From Candidatus Woesearchaeota archaeon (lineage in GTDB: Archaea > Nanobdellota > Nanobdellia > Woesearchaeales > GW2011-AR15): DNA of 64,000 nucleotides. The translations under genes and the position numbers were made by a program. The stretch spans positions 210,044 through 274,043 of the forward strand of contig JAVZBY010000002.1 in assembly GCA_038874655.1 (NCBI GenBank). The letters run 5' to 3'. Below the pieces are notes generated by a model. That model was not told the origin of the DNA, did not search any database, and was given only the letters and a program-made list of their open reading frames with translations. Of this stretch, positions 42,099 to 51,249 are shown one piece after another. Numbering within the stretch: the stretch's first letter is position 1; the number at the start of each line of letters is the position of its first letter.

Positions 42099-42956
42099 AT
42101 GGTTTCTGTTAATGAATTAGGTAATAAAAATCAAATTCAATGGTGTCCAGGTTGTGGTGATTTTGGAATTTTAATGGCCATAAAACAAGCAATTTCAAAT
42201 TTGAATTTAAATCCAAAAGATGTTGTAGTTGTTTCTGGAATAGGTTGTTCTGGAAAATTACCGCATTACATAAAAACCTATGGTTTAGAAAGCATACATG
42301 GAAGAGCAGTAGCAGCAGCAACAGGAGTTCAATTAGCAAATCCTAAACTAACAGTAATTGCAGTTGGCGGTGATGGTGATGGTTATGGTATTGGTTTAAA
42401 TCATTTTCTACAAGCAGTTAGAAGAAATGTTAATATAACTTATATAGTTCATAATAATGCTGTCTATGGATTAACAAAAGGACAAGCTGCACCAACAGCT
42501 CAAAAAGGAACAAAAACACCAAGTACGCCACATGGTTCAATAGAACCACCAATAAATCCATTAGCATTAGCATTAGCAGCTAATGGGACATTTGTGGCAA
42601 GAGGTTTTGCAGGCGAACTAAAACATTTAACAAATTTGATTATGCAAGGAATTAAACACAATGGCTTTTCTTTTATTGATGTTTTACAACCTTGTGTTTC
42701 ATATAATCCATGGCAAACTTTTGAATACTATAGAGAAAGAGTTTATGATTTGCAAAGTACAGATTATAAAACAGATGATTTTTTAGAAGCATGTAAAAAA
42801 GTTTGGGAATGGGAACCAAAAATACCAATTGGTTTATTCTATAAAACACAAAGACCAACTTACTCTGATGAACTACCACAAGATAAAGATATCCCTGTTG
42901 CTTTACAAGATATAGAAAATATAGATATTAAGCCATTGTTGGAGAAGTATTATTAA
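42099..42956 (+). CDS. 2-oxoacid:ferredoxin oxidoreductase beta subunit
   Basis: WCPGCGD, SGIGCS and GGDGD...NNAVYGLTKGQ TPP-binding motifs. Confidence 0.96.
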   Translation: MVSVNELGNKNQIQWCPGCGDFGILMAIKQAISNLNLNPKDVVVVSGIGCSGKLPHYIKTYGLESIHGRAVAAATGVQLANPKLTVIAVGGDGDGYGIGLNHFLQAVRRNVNITYIVHNNAVYGLTKGQAAPTAQKGTKTPSTPHGSIEPPINPLALALAANGTFVARGFAGELKHLTNLIMQGIKHNGFSFIDVLQPCVSYNPWQTFEYYRERVYDLQSTDYKTDDFLEACKKVWEWEPKIPIGLFYKTQRPTYSDELPQDKDIPVALQDIENIDIKPLLEKYY

Positions 42957-43028
42957 CAGCTTTTTTTTTAGTTTTTTTAAATTATTAATATAAAAAATTA
43001 AGATAGAAAAAAAGAATAGACAAAGAAA

Positions 43029-43352
43029 TCAAAAATCAAAATCCTCACTTTCTTTAATTAGTTTTTCAGCAGTAGTGGTTTTTTTAATTGAAATTGAACC
43101 TTCTTTACCGCAATAAGGACAAGATGTTACTAAAAATGATTTTTTTCTTCTAAAATTATAACCACAACCTCCACAGATATATTCAATTGTTTCTTCTTTT
43201 TTTACTTCTTTTTGTTCTAATTTTTTTGTCATCAAATCTTCTCTTGGTTTTACACCTAAACAATAAACACATGCAAATTTATTTGTATTAGTAAATCTAA
43301 TTTCATGGGCATCATACTCTCTATTACATTTATAGCAATGATATTTTCCCAT
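43029..43352 (-). CDS. Double zinc-ribbon small protein
   Basis: Four CxxC motifs; GGTGA RBS. Confidence 0.8.
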   Translation of the reverse strand: MGKYHCYKCNREYDAHEIRFTNTNKFACVYCLGVKPREDLMTKKLEQKEVKKEETIEYICGGCGYNFRRKKSFLVTSCPYCGKEGSISIKKTTTAEKLIKESEDFDF

Positions 43353-43622
43353 TTTTTCACCTTTTATTATAGTTTTTAAAAGTTTAAATATCTAAGTTTA
43401 AATATCTAATTAGTATAAAATACTTAAAAATTAATTTTTTTATGTTTTTATAATTTTCTATGAGAGTTCCTATTAATAAAAAAATTAAGTATTTTTTTTA
43501 CAATGACTAAATTATTTTAATTTCTGTAAGTCATTAACTAAACTTTTAAACAAAAGTTTAATCAAAAATAAAATTGCTATGCAATTGGTTTTGCTTCACA
43601 AAGCACAAATAAAAGAAAAATA

Positions 43623-43696
43623 TGGGGTCCCTGGGATTTGAACCCAGATCACAAGATCCCGAATCTTGTATTCTAGCCAAGTTAAACTAAGACCCC
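43623..43696 (-). tRNA. tRNA-Pro(CGG)
   Basis: GGGGTCT/GGACCCC acceptor, CAAGA-TTCGGGA-TCTTG anticodon arm, CTGGG-TTCAAAT-CCCAG T-arm. Confidence 0.92.
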
Positions 43697-43782
43697 TTTT
43701 ATCAAACATTTTTTAAAAATAGAAATAAATATATAAAAAATATTTATAAAAAATATTTTATAATACTAGCTTTTTTAACTAT

Positions 43783-44478
43783 TTAACCTAACTCAACATA
43801 AATAAAGTAAGTAGCAAATCCAGTTAATTTATCAACAGGAACTAATAATTGGAAATCTACTTCTGTGCCATTAAAACCGATTCTGTCATTTTCCATTAAA
43901 ACTGTGTAAATTGTATTTGTTTCATTAGTGTTTAGTAATACATTCCAAAAAACAGCTTGTGCATTTGTACTATTATGTGTTCTTGTTGCCCTACAATTTG
44001 ATAAAAATTTTCCAGCTATATCAAAACTAGGATGATTTGTGTAAATAAAAGTATCATTTATTCCATCAGAAGTTTCATTCATGATATTTAATCTTTCTTC
44101 TTCTAAATAAATTTCTGTTTGATTTGTGCATTTAACATTACTCCAGTCATTAACAAAATTTCTTGTTGCAATTATTTCTCCAATAGCATCAACAACATTC
44201 CAATCATAAAAAATATCTCCATTAGCATTTTCTAAAACAATTCCACCAGAAACTCTACCAAAAAAACCTTGCCATACATTTGTTATTTGTGTTAAATCAG
44301 CATTAACCCAAGTAATATTTCCGTTTTGTGCTGTTAAATTTGTTGCATTTGAAATTGGTCTTCTTGAGGATTCTCCAATAATTAAATTAGCTCCAGAAGG
44401 TTCAGCAAATATATTTTTTATAAAAAAAACCAACAATAAAAAAACAAAAAAATATTTTACTTTATTTAATATATTCAT
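43783..44478 (-). CDS. Secreted beta-rich glycoprotein (hypothetical)
   Basis: Signal peptide, many NxT/S sequons and WQGFFG motif; ATGA overlap with the upstream gene. Confidence 0.75.
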   Translation of the reverse strand: MNILNKVKYFFVFLLLVFFIKNIFAEPSGANLIIGESSRRPISNATNLTAQNGNITWVNADLTQITNVWQGFFGRVSGGIVLENANGDIFYDWNVVDAIGEIIATRNFVNDWSNVKCTNQTEIYLEEERLNIMNETSDGINDTFIYTNHPSFDIAGKFLSNCRATRTHNSTNAQAVFWNVLLNTNETNTIYTVLMENDRIGFNGTEVDFQLLVPVDKLTGFATYFIYVELG

Positions 44479-45029
44479 AATCCCACCCTCTTTAAAAAAT
44501 TGTGATAATTGCCAATTTGAAATTTATTAGCAGAAAATTTAAAATTCTGTAAAATTTGAAAAACTCTAAACTCACTTAAATCTAAATTTTTTGCAATATT
44601 TTCAATAAAAACACCATTCAAATAAGCATGTAAAACATGATAATATCTCAATTTTATAGGATTGAAATTTGAATCATAATCTTTTGTGTAGTATCTTATA
44701 ATTTGATTTACTCTTTTTTCAGAAATATTTTTACCTTGTCTTGAAAAAAACAAAAAATCTTCTTTTGCTAGTTTATTTCCTTCTATGAATAATGATAAAT
44801 CCTTAGCTAATTTTCCACTGATTAAAACAAACCTATTATTTAATCTTATTTTATTGCCCAAAATATCTTTAATTTTTATATTAACTAATTCATTTGGCAA
44901 GCAACCTGTCTCATAAAGAACTCTAAAAATCAAATTATCTCTGGCATTTTTAATATTTGAAATTATTTCTCTAATCTCTTTCATAGATAAAAAAATTTCT
45001 TTGTTGTATGATTTTATGACAGGAACCAT
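44475..45029 (-). CDS. Degenerate tyrosine recombinase/integrase-like protein
   Basis: RDNLIFRVLYETGCLPNELVNIKIKDI (box I with R replaced by L); KLRYYH in place of HxxRH; no LGH motif. Confidence 0.75.
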   Translation of the reverse strand: MVPVIKSYNKEIFLSMKEIREIISNIKNARDNLIFRVLYETGCLPNELVNIKIKDILGNKIRLNNRFVLISGKLAKDLSLFIEGNKLAKEDFLFFSRQGKNISEKRVNQIIRYYTKDYDSNFNPIKLRYYHVLHAYLNGVFIENIAKNLDLSEFRVFQILQNFKFSANKFQIGNYHNFLKRVGL

Positions 45030-45474
45030 TTTCTTTTTTTCTGTTTTTATTTTATTTTTTATTTATTTAATTATAGTTTTATATGCTTTTTATACAAAAG
45101 TGATATTAAATTGTTTTTTAGGCAAATAATATTCTTTTTTTATTTACCAATATATTTTTTTGTTTATTAGTATTTAATTAGTATTTTTATGTATATTAAT
45201 GGAAATTATTTCTAAATAATTATATATAAAAAGAAACTGATATATAAATGTTTTGTTTTTATCAATTAGTATATAAAAAAGTATACTATTTGTAATATTT
45301 CATTATTTTTCCTTTAAAGAATAACCTGAGAGGAATAATGAAGTATTTTATCGTTGATGAAACGGAAATAAAAATAAAGATGAAAATCCTAATTAAATAT
45401 TGACACATTAGAATATGAAAAAAATTAGAATATGAAAAAATGAAACAAATAAAAGAATACAATGAATAATTGTA

Positions 45475-45549
45475 TAGCGGGGGAAAGATTTGAACTTCCG
45501 ACCTTTGGGTTATGAGCCCAACGGGCACTCCTAGCTGCCCTACCCCGCT
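45475..45549 (-). tRNA. Initiator tRNA-Met(CAT)
   Basis: A1-U72 pair, anticodon stem TTGGG/CCCAA with three G-C pairs, CTCATAA loop. Confidence 0.95.
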
Positions 45550-45717
45550 GCATCAATAAACTACTAATATCTAACAAATAATATCTAATAATTAATATTC
45601 ATTAAAATATTTATCGATTAATTAGTTGAAAATAGACTGAATTTATAAATATTTTTAAAAAAACATGCTATAATTTTATGAGTTAGTTATTTTTATTTAT
45701 TAATAAGATTTTTTTTA

Positions 45718-46353
45718 ATGTTTTCTGATTTTGAAAAAAAATTTTTAAGTAATAGAAGTAAAAAAGGTATTTACACTGATTTAGAAAAATTCTTAAAAAA
45801 TAATTATAAAAAGGGACATAGATTATTAGATGTGGGTGCAGGAACAGGGATTTATTCAAAATTAGCAAAAAAAATAGGTTATGAAGTATATGCTATTGAT
45901 TATAATCCAGAAATATGTAAATTTAAAGAAATAAAAATACTTTTTTGCGATTTAAATACACAAAAATTACCCTTTTTAGATAATTACTTTGATGTAGTTA
46001 TCATGACAGAGGTCATTGAGCATTTATATAACACTGGATTCATACTTTCAGAAATAAATAGAGTTCTGAAAGAAAAAGGAATTCTATATTTAACAACACC
46101 AAATTTGGCTAATCTAAAAAATAAATTATGGTTCTTATTTTTTTCATATTTTATTACACATAAAAAAAATCCAGGATTAGGTGATCACATTAATCATATA
46201 ACCCCTCTTTTTCTAAAATATTTTTTGGAAAGAACCAATTTTCAAAAAATTAGAATATCTTATTTAAATTCGTTTTTTCCTTTTACTAAAATCAAATTAC
46301 CAAATTCAGAATTTTTTTCTGATACTGTAAAACTGATAGCATATAAAAAATAG
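45718..46353 (+). CDS. Class I SAM-dependent methyltransferase
   Basis: LLDVGAGTG, FDVV..EVIEH and RVLKEKG..LTTPN motifs. Confidence 0.9.
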   Translation: MFSDFEKKFLSNRSKKGIYTDLEKFLKNNYKKGHRLLDVGAGTGIYSKLAKKIGYEVYAIDYNPEICKFKEIKILFCDLNTQKLPFLDNYFDVVIMTEVIEHLYNTGFILSEINRVLKEKGILYLTTPNLANLKNKLWFLFFSYFITHKKNPGLGDHINHITPLFLKYFLERTNFQKIRISYLNSFFPFTKIKLPNSEFFSDTVKLIAYKK

Positions 46354-46535
46354 TAAAAATGATATTACTAAATTTTCATTTATACAAAATAATTTAAAAT
46401 TCAATTATTATTAAAAATAAGAAATTTTATAAATCTAATTCATTCTTAAAAATATAATTTATAATAAAAAATATCTTTAAAAACTAAATATTAATATTAA
46501 ATTATTAATATAAAAATAAATAAAAAAAAGGTGAA

Positions 46536-48656
46536 ATGATGAATTCAAAAGAAGAAAAACAATATGATTTAAGAAAGCAAGAAAATTCAAACAATAAATA
46601 TGAAAAAACAAAAGAGTCTTTTTCTGAAGGTCAAAGTCAGCAAAATATCCCATTAACTTTAAATGATTTAGACCTATCAAAATTAAACTTACCAAAAGAA
46701 ACTAAAGAAAGATTAGAAGAAATAAAGAAAAAATTAGAGAGATTTCAAAAAGAGGTTTTAGAAAAATTTGATAAATATATAATGGGAATAGCATTATTAC
46801 CTCCTAGAAAACAAGGAGCACAAAATCCTTTAGGTAATTTGCCTTTACCTTTGCCTAATATACCAAATTTACCGAATTTTGGATTACCAAATCAAAATTT
46901 ACCAGGATTATCACCATTAATTCCAGGAATACCAAATTTTATGCCATTTACGCAATCAACTTTACAAACACCAGCTAATTTACCAAATTTAAACAATTCA
47001 CCTACTTTAAATCCAACACAAGGTCCTGTAGTACAAGAAAATAAAAATGAACTTAGAACATTAGTTTTAGTAGATGATAGTGATAGTCAAAAGATGACTA
47101 AAATAGAATTAAAAGCAAAATTATCTCAAATCATAATAGGAATTGCAAATAATATTGACAAAAACATTTGGGTTGAAACCTTATTGTTAAGTGAATTATG
47201 GGAAAATTGTTATGATGGTAAATATGAAACATTAAGTTTAATAGCTTCTGGAACACCTGTTTATGATACAGGGATGTTAGCAGCAATAAAAATAGCAGAA
47301 GTCCATAAGCAAATGGTTTTAGCAAAGTTTGAAAAATATATTGTTTGTTATGTTCTAGCTGGTAGCCTAGTTCAAGGAAAAGCAACAAAAGATTCTGATA
47401 TTGATGTTTTTGTAGTAATTGATGATACCGATGTTAAAAAAATGTCTAGATTTGAGTTAAAAGAAAAATTAAGAGCAATCATTATAGGAATGGGTTTAGA
47501 AGCAGGAGAACTAACAGGAATAAGAAATAAAATTAACATTCAAGTTTATATCTTAACAGATTTCTGGGAAAACATAAAAGAAGCAAATCCAATAATCTTT
47601 ACATTTTTAAGAGATGGTATTCCTTTTTATGACAGAGGAATTTTCATGCCTTGGAAACAATTGTTAAAAATGGGTAAAATAAAACCAAGTCAAGAGGCAA
47701 TTGATATTTTTATGCAATCAGGCGATCAATTAATGAAAACAGTTGATTTTAAATTAAAAACAATAGGTATGGAAGATACATTTTATGCAATATTAACTCC
47801 AAGTCAAGCAGCAATTATGTTATATGGTATTGCTCCTCCAACACCAAAAGAAACACCAGAAATAATGAGAGAAATTTTCGTTAAAAAAGAAAAATTACTA
47901 GAAGAAGAATATGTGGAAATTTTAGAAAAGAACATAAAAATTAGAAAAGACTTAGAACATGGAACAAAAAAAGAATTAACAGGAAAAGAAGTTGATGAAT
48001 TAGTTGAAAATGCAAAAAAATACTTAAAAAGAATTGAGAAATTATTTAAGCAAATAGAAAAAGTAAAAGAAGAAGAATCTCTTATTAATACTTATGAGAC
48101 AACATTAACAATTGTAAAAGATGTCTTAAAATTAGAGGGCATAGAAAAAATAAAAGAAAAAGAAGTTTTGGAATTATTTGAAACAGCTTTAATAGATACA
48201 GGAAAAATACCTCATAAATATTTGAGAGAATTAAAAGATATCATAAAAGCAAAAGAAGATTATGATAATGGCAAATTAACAAAAACAGATATTTCAAAAG
48301 TTAATAAATCAAGTAAGGAATTTCATAATTTCTTAATAGAATACATACATAAAAAAAGAGGCGCAGAATTAGAAAAAGCAAAAATTAAAGTAAAATATGG
48401 TGATAAATTTGGTGAAGTTATTTTACTAGACAAAGTAGCATTTATAATACATGATATAGACTCAAAAGATAAAAAAATTAGTAAAGCAGACCTAGAAAAT
48501 GGTAATTTAATAAATATAAGAGAGACTACACAAGAAGAATTAGAAAAAGCATTGGCAGAAATGAAAATTCCAGAAAATGTATTTTTAAAAAATAATTTAT
48601 TTAACAATTTAAGTGAATTATTTGGTAATGATGTTGAGATATTAGTAAAAAATTAG
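46536..48656 (+). CDS. Tandem nucleotidyltransferase-HEPN multidomain protein
   Basis: Degenerate first NT domain with a Pro/Asn/Leu insertion; second NT domain LAGS...SDIDVFVVIDD; HEPN with RKDLEH. Confidence 0.8.
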   Translation: MMNSKEEKQYDLRKQENSNNKYEKTKESFSEGQSQQNIPLTLNDLDLSKLNLPKETKERLEEIKKKLERFQKEVLEKFDKYIMGIALLPPRKQGAQNPLGNLPLPLPNIPNLPNFGLPNQNLPGLSPLIPGIPNFMPFTQSTLQTPANLPNLNNSPTLNPTQGPVVQENKNELRTLVLVDDSDSQKMTKIELKAKLSQIIIGIANNIDKNIWVETLLLSELWENCYDGKYETLSLIASGTPVYDTGMLAAIKIAEVHKQMVLAKFEKYIVCYVLAGSLVQGKATKDSDIDVFVVIDDTDVKKMSRFELKEKLRAIIIGMGLEAGELTGIRNKINIQVYILTDFWENIKEANPIIFTFLRDGIPFYDRGIFMPWKQLLKMGKIKPSQEAIDIFMQSGDQLMKTVDFKLKTIGMEDTFYAILTPSQAAIMLYGIAPPTPKETPEIMREIFVKKEKLLEEEYVEILEKNIKIRKDLEHGTKKELTGKEVDELVENAKKYLKRIEKLFKQIEKVKEEESLINTYETTLTIVKDVLKLEGIEKIKEKEVLELFETALIDTGKIPHKYLRELKDIIKAKEDYDNGKLTKTDISKVNKSSKEFHNFLIEYIHKKRGAELEKAKIKVKYGDKFGEVILLDKVAFIIHDIDSKDKKISKADLENGNLINIRETTQEELEKALAEMKIPENVFLKNNLFNNLSELFGNDVEILVKN

Positions 48657-48750
48657 TAAAAACTTAAAAACAATAAATTGAAAAAGTATAAAATAGAAAA
48701 TTAAATCATCTTTAAAAAATATTAAAAATATATTTCATTTTTTTATTTTT

Positions 48751-49443
48751 ATGAATTTGACAGATTTAAAAGAAAGAATATTTGGTAATAAATTCAATTT
48801 AGACAATACTTTTTTAAAATCCTTTTATGAAAATTATTTTTTCAACAATGAAATAAAAAATAGTTTTTTTCATAATATTAATGAAAAAAACAGAGATAAT
48901 TCTTTACTTGAAGAGATTTTAGAAGAATTAGTAAAAGAAAAAACAATTGTTTTTAAAAATAACAACTTCTTGGAGGAAAATTTAGAAGAAAAAACATTGC
49001 AAGAAAAAATTTCAAAATTAAATAACACCGTTTTTATAATTGAAGAGGAAAAATTAGATGATAAACGAATCTTTTTATATGAATTCTTTCCAAACACATA
49101 TTATGTTTATCTAAAAAGAAAAATAACTGAAGATGATAAAAAAGAACAAAATAAAAACAATAAAAAACTAAATGAAGATATATATGGCTCTTTTGGATAC
49201 TTTAGCTTATTTGTTCCAACAGGGGTTATTGTTAATAGAGTTCCTCAAAGTGTTTTAGGAAATGGTGTTTTAGGAAGGGCTTTTATTTATAGTAATTATA
49301 TAGAGATATTGGATTCTTTAGTAGGAAATGAATATATTGAAGTTTTAACTCATGAAGTTTTACACATATTATATCCTGAAAAAAAAGAAATGGAAATAAG
49401 AATGATTACTAGGAATTATTTAGGGAATACAGTTTATAATTAG
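48751..49443 (+). CDS. Hypothetical protein with C-terminal HExxH zincin-like motif
   Basis: VLGRA...VLTHEVLH..YP...E motif. Confidence 0.7.
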   Translation: MNLTDLKERIFGNKFNLDNTFLKSFYENYFFNNEIKNSFFHNINEKNRDNSLLEEILEELVKEKTIVFKNNNFLEENLEEKTLQEKISKLNNTVFIIEEEKLDDKRIFLYEFFPNTYYVYLKRKITEDDKKEQNKNNKKLNEDIYGSFGYFSLFVPTGVIVNRVPQSVLGNGVLGRAFIYSNYIEILDSLVGNEYIEVLTHEVLHILYPEKKEMEIRMITRNYLGNTVYN

Positions 49444-49486
49444 AATTTATTTTTTGAAATATTTTATTTTACTTATTATTACTCTT

Positions 49487-49509
49487 AAATAACAATATCT
49501 TTAAATATA
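49487..49509 (+). promoter_or_regulatory. Archaeal BRE/TATA promoter
   Basis: AAATAACAATA-tc-TTTAAATATA, with the TATA 30 nt before the ATG; same motif and spacing at 52932-52954. Confidence 0.65.
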
Positions 49510-49529
49510 ATTTATTTTTTTTTTAACTT

Positions 49530-51125
49530 ATGTCATTAGAGGAAAGAGTTGCAAAAGCAGCATTAAAAATTATAGGTAAAACTATAAGAAATTTAGTTAT
49601 TGGAGGGACAATAGCAGTAGGATTATTATATGGTGGTTATAGGTTAGGTTTGATTAAAGTTCCTTTATTAGATCAATATAATCAACCATCAATATCAACT
49701 GTTGAACAGATGCAAAAGCAATTTTCTCAAGAAATAGAAAGTTTAGGAAATTTAATGACAGGAAATTGGGACTATGGTAATAGTCAAGAAGTAACATTAC
49801 CAAGTGGACAAACAGTTGAATTAAAACAATTAGAACCAATTACTTACAATGTAATAGATATATTTAACAGTTCTGCTCAACAAAGTATACCTATTGCAAT
49901 AAGTAGCAGTAATCCTGGTGCTTGTCAACAACCTTCTTTATGTATAATTTTTTATACAAATATACCTACACAACCACAAAATTATTTTTTTTTACCTTCA
50001 TTTGCAAACACTATTCTAAGTTATTGGAAAGGTGATATTGGACTTTTAGATTTTTTGAATAATTTATATAAATCACCAATCCCGGGCTTAAAAGATATAT
50101 TAGATTCATTTAATTTATTAATAGTTAATTTAAAGGGTGGGGAAGAAATTAAATTTGTAACTTTAATTCAGCCAAATGGTAACATAAATTTACAAGAAAT
50201 TGGAAGTACAGAAATTAATGAGATAGCATTACAGAATGGAAAAAATTATTATGAGATTCCTGGTGTTGTTTTAGAAACAAAAGTAGGTTTTCCTTTAAGT
50301 AGTATATCTGCAAACACAACTGATGCTTATAATGGAAATGCTATTATCTCTTTTCAAACATTAACTGTATTACCTAAAAATCTAAGACCTGAAACTTATT
50401 TTTCAAAACCTGCTTCCACTCCGGAAGAACATGAAAAAAGATTAGTAAATTATATCCAAGAGATTAGCAAATATGGATTAGTATCAATATCAATAAAACA
50501 AGAATATGAAGCAAACAGGCAAGTTGTTATAGTTTTTCCTGAATCTGGAATTGATGTTTCACAATTTGATATGTTAGGAAGATTCCCAAATGCAGTAGAA
50601 TTAATTTATTTAAATGATGGTGATCCTAATAATCCAAATAGAAATAACGAATTATTAAAATATTGGAGAAGTTCACAAGGTCCAAATAAACAAACAACAC
50701 TGGTTTCTGCTTATCAAGATTTGAGAAATTTAAGACAAACATCTTGTCAAGTTGCTCAATGGTTAAAAGAGGATGGCTTTAATGTTCAACCAGGAATTAG
50801 TGAGCCATGTTATGAGCCAAATGGACAAATTCAAAGGCCTGATTGGCTTGATTTATATGAGCAAAGATTAAAAGAAGAACAAGCAAAATTAGTACAACAA
50901 TCAATAGAAACTATTACTAATGCTATTCCTCAAATGCCTGATTTATGCGCAATGTGGACAGACAATGCAAGAAATTTATTAGGTCCTGATTGCAAACAAA
51001 CTAATTCACAAACATTAAAAGTCTATGTTCCTGAGAATATGGTATCTTTATTACAAGCTTGGGCACAAATGTATCAAGCAACTTTTGGCGGCACAATTGA
51101 AATTTTACCATTGCCTCAACAATAG
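49530..51125 (+). CDS. Membrane-anchored Q/N/P-rich orphan protein
   Basis: N-terminal TM helix and a large external domain with several Cys. Confidence 0.75.
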   Translation: MSLEERVAKAALKIIGKTIRNLVIGGTIAVGLLYGGYRLGLIKVPLLDQYNQPSISTVEQMQKQFSQEIESLGNLMTGNWDYGNSQEVTLPSGQTVELKQLEPITYNVIDIFNSSAQQSIPIAISSSNPGACQQPSLCIIFYTNIPTQPQNYFFLPSFANTILSYWKGDIGLLDFLNNLYKSPIPGLKDILDSFNLLIVNLKGGEEIKFVTLIQPNGNINLQEIGSTEINEIALQNGKNYYEIPGVVLETKVGFPLSSISANTTDAYNGNAIISFQTLTVLPKNLRPETYFSKPASTPEEHEKRLVNYIQEISKYGLVSISIKQEYEANRQVVIVFPESGIDVSQFDMLGRFPNAVELIYLNDGDPNNPNRNNELLKYWRSSQGPNKQTTLVSAYQDLRNLRQTSCQVAQWLKEDGFNVQPGISEPCYEPNGQIQRPDWLDLYEQRLKEEQAKLVQQSIETITNAIPQMPDLCAMWTDNARNLLGPDCKQTNSQTLKVYVPENMVSLLQAWAQMYQATFGGTIEILPLPQQ

Positions 51126-51249
51126 TCAATCAATTAAAGTATTTTTTCTTCTCTTCATATTAATAAAATAAAGTTAAAAAACAAATACTTATAATGTTAT
51201 TACTAATAAATAGTAAAATTTATATAATGGTTTTTATTTTTTTAAAATA

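Noticed and set aside
45339-45404. 21-aa plus-strand ORF behind a GAGAGGA string
   Set aside because: Too short, no motif, and consistent with chance.
43783-45475. Active provirus or integrative element at tRNA-iMet
   Set aside because: The recombinase lacks catalytic residues, no duplicated tRNA end was found and there are no viral genes.
45286-45528. 80-aa minus-strand ORF
   Set aside because: It starts inside tRNA-iMet, so it is treated as spurious.
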